NCBI GenBank assembly: GCA_002709395.1
Contig: PAQU01000054.1
Span: 68,174 to 130,173 of the forward strand
Length of the DNA stretch: 62,000 bases
Source of the DNA: Roseibacillus sp.
Lineage (GTDB): Bacteria > Verrucomicrobiota > Verrucomicrobiia > Verrucomicrobiales > Akkermansiaceae
Reading direction: 5' to 3'
Under the pieces are notes generated by a model. It was given only the letters and a program-made list of their open reading frames with translations, was not told the DNA's origin and ran no database searches. Shown here one piece after another: positions 58,665-62,000 of the stretch (positions are counted from its first letter, which is position 1; every line of letters starts with the position of its first letter). A program made the position numbers and the translations under genes.

Positions 58665-60092
58665 TCAGGCGGCAGCGGTTCCGGGGTCAACCTGGAAAAC
58701 CTCCCGGGCGTCCGTTATTTCCCCGGACACAGCCGCGGCGCAGACCATGACGGGAGACATCAGGACGGTGCGTCCGACGGCGGAGCCCTGGCGGCCCTTG
58801 AAGTTCCGGTTCGAGGAAGAGGCACAGAGCTGGTCGCCGACCAGTTTGTCCGGGTTCATGGCAAGGCACATGGAGCAGCCTGCCGCCCGCCACTCGAAGC
58901 CTGCCTCTTCAAAGATCTTGTCGAGGCCCTCCTGCTCGCACTGGGTGGCGGTAATCTGGGACCCGGGCACTGCGATCGCCTTCACTCCCGGGGCGACCTT
59001 GTGTCCCTGCAGGTAGCGGGCGGCTTCCCGGAAGTCGGACAGGCGCCCGTTGGTACACGACCCGATGAAGGCCACGTCAATCTTTACGCCCTTGATGGGG
59101 GTTCCTCCCGGAAGCTGCATGTAATCGAGTGCTTCCTGGAAACTGCTTCGTTCCGCCTCGCTGGTAGCGTTGGCCGGATCGGGAATGGATTCCCCGATTC
59201 CAATTCCCTGGTCCGGGGAAATGCCCCAGGTGACGGTCGGTTCGATGTCGGCGGCATTGATGATGACCACGTCGTCATACTCTGCGTCGGGGTCGGAGGC
59301 GAAGGATTCCCAGCGGGCCACGGCGTCGTTCCAGTCTTCCTCTCCCGGGGCATGGGGGCGCCCCCTGAGAAACTCGAAGGTCTTGTTGTCAGGATTGACG
59401 TAGCCACAGCGTGCACCGCCCTCGATCGCCATGTTGCAGACCGTCATGCGCTCCTCCATGGAGAAGTTCTCAAAGGTGGTGCCAGCATATTCGTAAGCGT
59501 AGCCGATACCGCCCTTGGCCCCGAGCATGCGGATGATGTGGAGGGTGACGTCCTTGGCGTAGACCCCGGGGCGGAGAGAGCCGTTGACCTCGATGCGGCG
59601 GACCTTGAGCTTTTCCATGGCCATGGTCTGGGTCGCGAGGACGTCGCGGACCTGGGTCGTACCGATCCCAAAGGCGATGGCCCCGAAGGCGCCATGGGTG
59701 GCAGTGTGGGAATCCCCGCAGGCGATGGTGGTTCCGGGCTGGGTGATCCCCTGTTCGGGACCGACTACGTGAACGATTCCCTGTTTGCCAGAGGCGAGGT
59801 CGAAGTAGGTGACCCCGAAATCATCTGCATTCTTACGCAGGGCCTCCATCATTTCGGCAGCGAGAGGATCGGCGGGAGCGTCCTGGTCGATGGTTGGGAC
59901 GATGTGATCCACCGTGGCGAAGGTCCGGTGGGGATACTTCACCTTGAGCCCGAGGTCGCGGATCATCCCGAAGGCTTGTGGGCTGGTAACCTCGTGAATG
60001 AGGTGGGTGCCAATAAAAAGCTGTGTGCGTCCGTCCTCGAGAGTGCCCACGGAGTGAGCATCCCAGACTTTCTGATAAAGGGTCTTTCCCAT
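58665..60092 (-). CDS. leuC: 3-isopropylmalate dehydratase large subunit
   Basis: [30 protein letters not shown] and [10 protein letters not shown] Fe-S ligand motifs. Confidence 0.95.
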   Translation of the reverse strand: MGKTLYQKVWDAHSVGTLEDGRTQLFIGTHLIHEVTSPQAFGMIRDLGLKVKYPHRTFATVDHIVPTIDQDAPADPLAAEMMEALRKNADDFGVTYFDLASGKQGIVHVVGPEQGITQPGTTIACGDSHTATHGAFGAIAFGIGTTQVRDVLATQTMAMEKLKVRRIEVNGSLRPGVYAKDVTLHIIRMLGAKGGIGYAYEYAGTTFENFSMEERMTVCNMAIEGGARCGYVNPDNKTFEFLRGRPHAPGEEDWNDAVARWESFASDPDAEYDDVVIINAADIEPTVTWGISPDQGIGIGESIPDPANATSEAERSSFQEALDYMQLPGGTPIKGVKIDVAFIGSCTNGRLSDFREAARYLQGHKVAPGVKAIAVPGSQITATQCEQEGLDKIFEEAGFEWRAAGCSMCLAMNPDKLVGDQLCASSSNRNFKGRQGSAVGRTVLMSPVMVCAAAVSGEITDAREVFQVDPGTAAA

Positions 60093-60258
60093 GTCGTTCC
60101 CGGGGTTGAGGGGAGGAGGAACGTGGGCCGAAATAGGAAAGCGGGCAAGTCACAAGTGGAAAGAGGCCTTCTTCTCAGGGGTGGGATGGTTCCCGGCTCA
60201 CCTTCTCCCGTCCCTTTTGGCGTGAACCGTGCCGGTGGGGGCGTATGCTTGCCCCGGC

Positions 60259-61557
60259 ATGTTCGAGGTGCGGGACAGACCCCAGATGGTTGAGAAGGCT
60301 CTTCTCGTGCGTATTTGTTTCGACAAGCGCGAGGAGGAGGAATCGCGCAGCCTCCTCAACGAGCTGGGGGAACTGGTTAATACCCTTGGAATCGGGGTCG
60401 TGGGAACCGAACTGGTGCGGGCTCGTGAAATGCAGAAGAAATTCCTCTGTGGCACCGGAAAGGCGGAAGAGGTCTCTGCCCGGGCCCGGGAACTGGGATC
60501 TGACTGCATCGTCTTTGACAATGAACTGGCTCCCAGCCAGCAGCGGGAGTGGGAAGAGGCGGCAGACATGACCGTGATCGACCGGGAAGAGGTCATTCTT
60601 GATATCTTCGCGAGGAGGGCGCAGACCAAGGAGGCCCGGTTGCAGGTTGAACTGGCCCGGATGGAATACGCCCTGCCGAGGATGGCCCGGATGTGGGGCC
60701 ACCTGGACCGTGAAGGAGGTGGAGGTTCCGGGGGTTCCGCGGCCGCGCGGGGGATGGGAGAGCAACAGATCGAGGTGGACCGGCGCCTGGCCCGGAAACG
60801 AATTGACCGGATCAAGTCTGACCTCGAAGCGGTTCGCAGGCAGAGGGCGACCCAGCGCAAGGAGCGGCAGAAAGCAGAAGCACCTCATGCGGCCATCGTG
60901 GGTTATACCAATGCGGGCAAGTCGACCCTGCTCAATCACCTTGCGGGTTCCGAGGTGCTGGAGGCGGACATGCTGTTTGCCACCCTCGATCCCACTACCA
61001 GGAGAATTGATCTTCCGGATGGTCAGGAGTTGTTGCTGACAGACACGGTGGGCTTCGTTCGTAACCTGCCGCACCGTCTGGTTGAATCCTTCAAGGCGAC
61101 TTTGGAGGAGGCTGTCCTGGCTGACTTCCTGGTCCATGTACTCGATGCCAGTGAGCCGGAACTGGAGCGGCTCTGCGGCACGACCCTCGAGGTGATGGCG
61201 GAACTTGGCGCAGAGGAAAAACCGGTGCTCACCGTGCTCAACAAGATTGACCTGGTGGAGGACCCCCAGCGGCTCAAGGCGCTGCAGGAGCAATTCCCGG
61301 AGGCGGTAGCGGTCTCGGCCCGGAGTGGTGAAGGCCTGGAGGTTCTGGAACACCGGTTTGTCGAATACCTGTCGCAGGCGGTGACGCGACAACGTTATCG
61401 CATCCCCCAGCACCGGGGGGACCTGGTCTCTCTCCTCCATGCGGAAGCCAAGGTGCTGGAGACTTCCTACGAGGGAAACGACGTGGTGATGGAAGCGCTG
61501 GTTGGCAGGGAATTGGAGGGGCGCCTGCGGGGGATGGGAGAGGTGGAGATGATCTAG
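60259..61557 (+). CDS. hflX: GTPase HflX
   Basis: HflX N-domain and coiled linker (LQVELARMEY..PR). G motifs IVGYTNAGKSTLLN, DTVGF and NKID. Start taken at the ATG at 60259. Confidence 0.92.
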   Translation: MFEVRDRPQMVEKALLVRICFDKREEEESRSLLNELGELVNTLGIGVVGTELVRAREMQKKFLCGTGKAEEVSARARELGSDCIVFDNELAPSQQREWEEAADMTVIDREEVILDIFARRAQTKEARLQVELARMEYALPRMARMWGHLDREGGGGSGGSAAARGMGEQQIEVDRRLARKRIDRIKSDLEAVRRQRATQRKERQKAEAPHAAIVGYTNAGKSTLLNHLAGSEVLEADMLFATLDPTTRRIDLPDGQELLLTDTVGFVRNLPHRLVESFKATLEEAVLADFLVHVLDASEPELERLCGTTLEVMAELGAEEKPVLTVLNKIDLVEDPQRLKALQEQFPEAVAVSARSGEGLEVLEHRFVEYLSQAVTRQRYRIPQHRGDLVSLLHAEAKVLETSYEGNDVVMEALVGRELEGRLRGMGEVEMI

Positions 61558-61751
61558 CGGGTGCCTGTCTTCATACTTCCGTAAAAAACGGGTCAATCGC
61601 TTTGATGCGGAAAAGGAGACGAATGAGCAGGCGCATTCATGGAAGATCGTTGCTCACCCGGGTCTTTTAAGAATGGGGAATCGCAGGCGACTTGGCAAAA
61701 ACCCGAAATCGGGGTATTCTTTGAGACGCGAAATTTGTCGCGTCCATCTTC

Positions 61752-62000
61752 ATGAGTTTTCGCTTCTGGCTGAACGCACCTGTTTGGGTCCTCGTGGGGC
61801 TCCTTTTTTCGGAGCCCCTTGCTGCTGAGGAGGAAGAGCCTGCCGTTCGTCGGGGGCTTGCTGCGTTCTTGGGTGAGCTCTTCTCTCCCCGGGGCGGGAA
61901 AGAGAGGAAAGCGTCTCGGGCGGCCGGGGAAAAGGAACCCAGGAGGGGAAGCCAGTTCAAGGGAATGACCGCGAAGGAGTGGAGCAGAAAGCCGGGGGAC
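61752..62000 (+). CDS. Hypothetical secreted protein, 5' part (runs off the window end)
   Basis: The ATG at 61752 gives MSFRFWLNAPVWVLVGLLFSEPLAAEEEEP, which is signal-peptide-like, and the frame stays open to the window end. The competing minus ORF 61667..61960 has Arg/Ser/Pro-rich junk-like composition. Confidence 0.3.
   Translation, partial: MSFRFWLNAPVWVLVGLLFSEPLAAEEEEPAVRRGLAAFLGELFSPRGGKERKASRAAGEKEPRRGSQFKGMTAKEWSRKPGD

Noticed and set aside
58371-60293. 640-aa + strand ORF
   Set aside because: It lies antisense to leuC and the GumN gene. Its composition is Gly/Arg/Val/Asp-rich, as expected for reverse-frame translation of GC-rich coding DNA. leuC on the minus strand has all Fe-S ligand motifs.
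60175-61596. 473-aa minus-strand ORF
   Set aside because: It lies antisense to hflX, whose + strand product has the complete G1-G4 motifs. The minus ORF is Leu/Arg/Pro/His-rich with no recognisable domain.
61667-61960. 97-aa minus-strand ORF at the window end
   Set aside because: Its composition is Arg/Ser/Pro-rich and junk-like. The opposite-strand ORF from 61752 has a plausible signal peptide. Neither is strongly supported.

Overview
GC-rich, densely coding window with about 50 protein genes and no large non-coding gaps. I saw no rRNA, tRNA, CRISPR array, transposase, integrase or phage gene, so it reads as chromosomal core rather than an accessory island. All calls come from by-eye motif recognition on the supplied six-frame translations, because no searches could be run. 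Gene content hints at a PVC/Verrucomicrobiota-like organism: a PEP-CTERM anchor, a Cys-type sulfatase, many signal-peptide/TPR proteins, Hanks kinases with lectin-like ectodomains, and frequent GTG/TTG starts with weak Shine-Dalgarno sites. That taxonomic guess is inference only. Housekeeping genes: leuS (5' part, runs off the window start and is absent from the ORF track), rdgB, rpe, tadA, holA, gltA, tsaB, purN, nth, leuA, leuC/leuD, thiL, hflX, an M3 oligopeptidase, an M29 aminopeptidase and a family-4 UDG. Multi-gene modules: (i) MoxR-DUF58-transglutaminase (TgpA-like) operon, 14.1-18.0 kb; (ii) exbB-exbD-exbD plus a ~1000-aa periplasmic TPR protein and a secreted helical protein with no TonB, 28.9-34.9 kb; (iii) larE-larB-larC (nickel-pincer cofactor synthesis) with no LarA-type user enzyme in the window, 35.5-38.3 kb; (iv) a same-strand run of two paralogous Ser/Thr kinases with double C-type-lectin-like ectodomains, an 1868-aa tandem-fused double UvrA, and an azurin, 40.5-52.3 kb. 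I rank the asymmetric double UvrA, the kinase pair, the TonB-less Ton/Tol-like module and the LarA-less lar operon as most worth a second look. None is demonstrably an undescribed system from sequence alone. Many long ORFs in the track are antisense shadows of real genes, as expected in GC-rich DNA, and were rejected.
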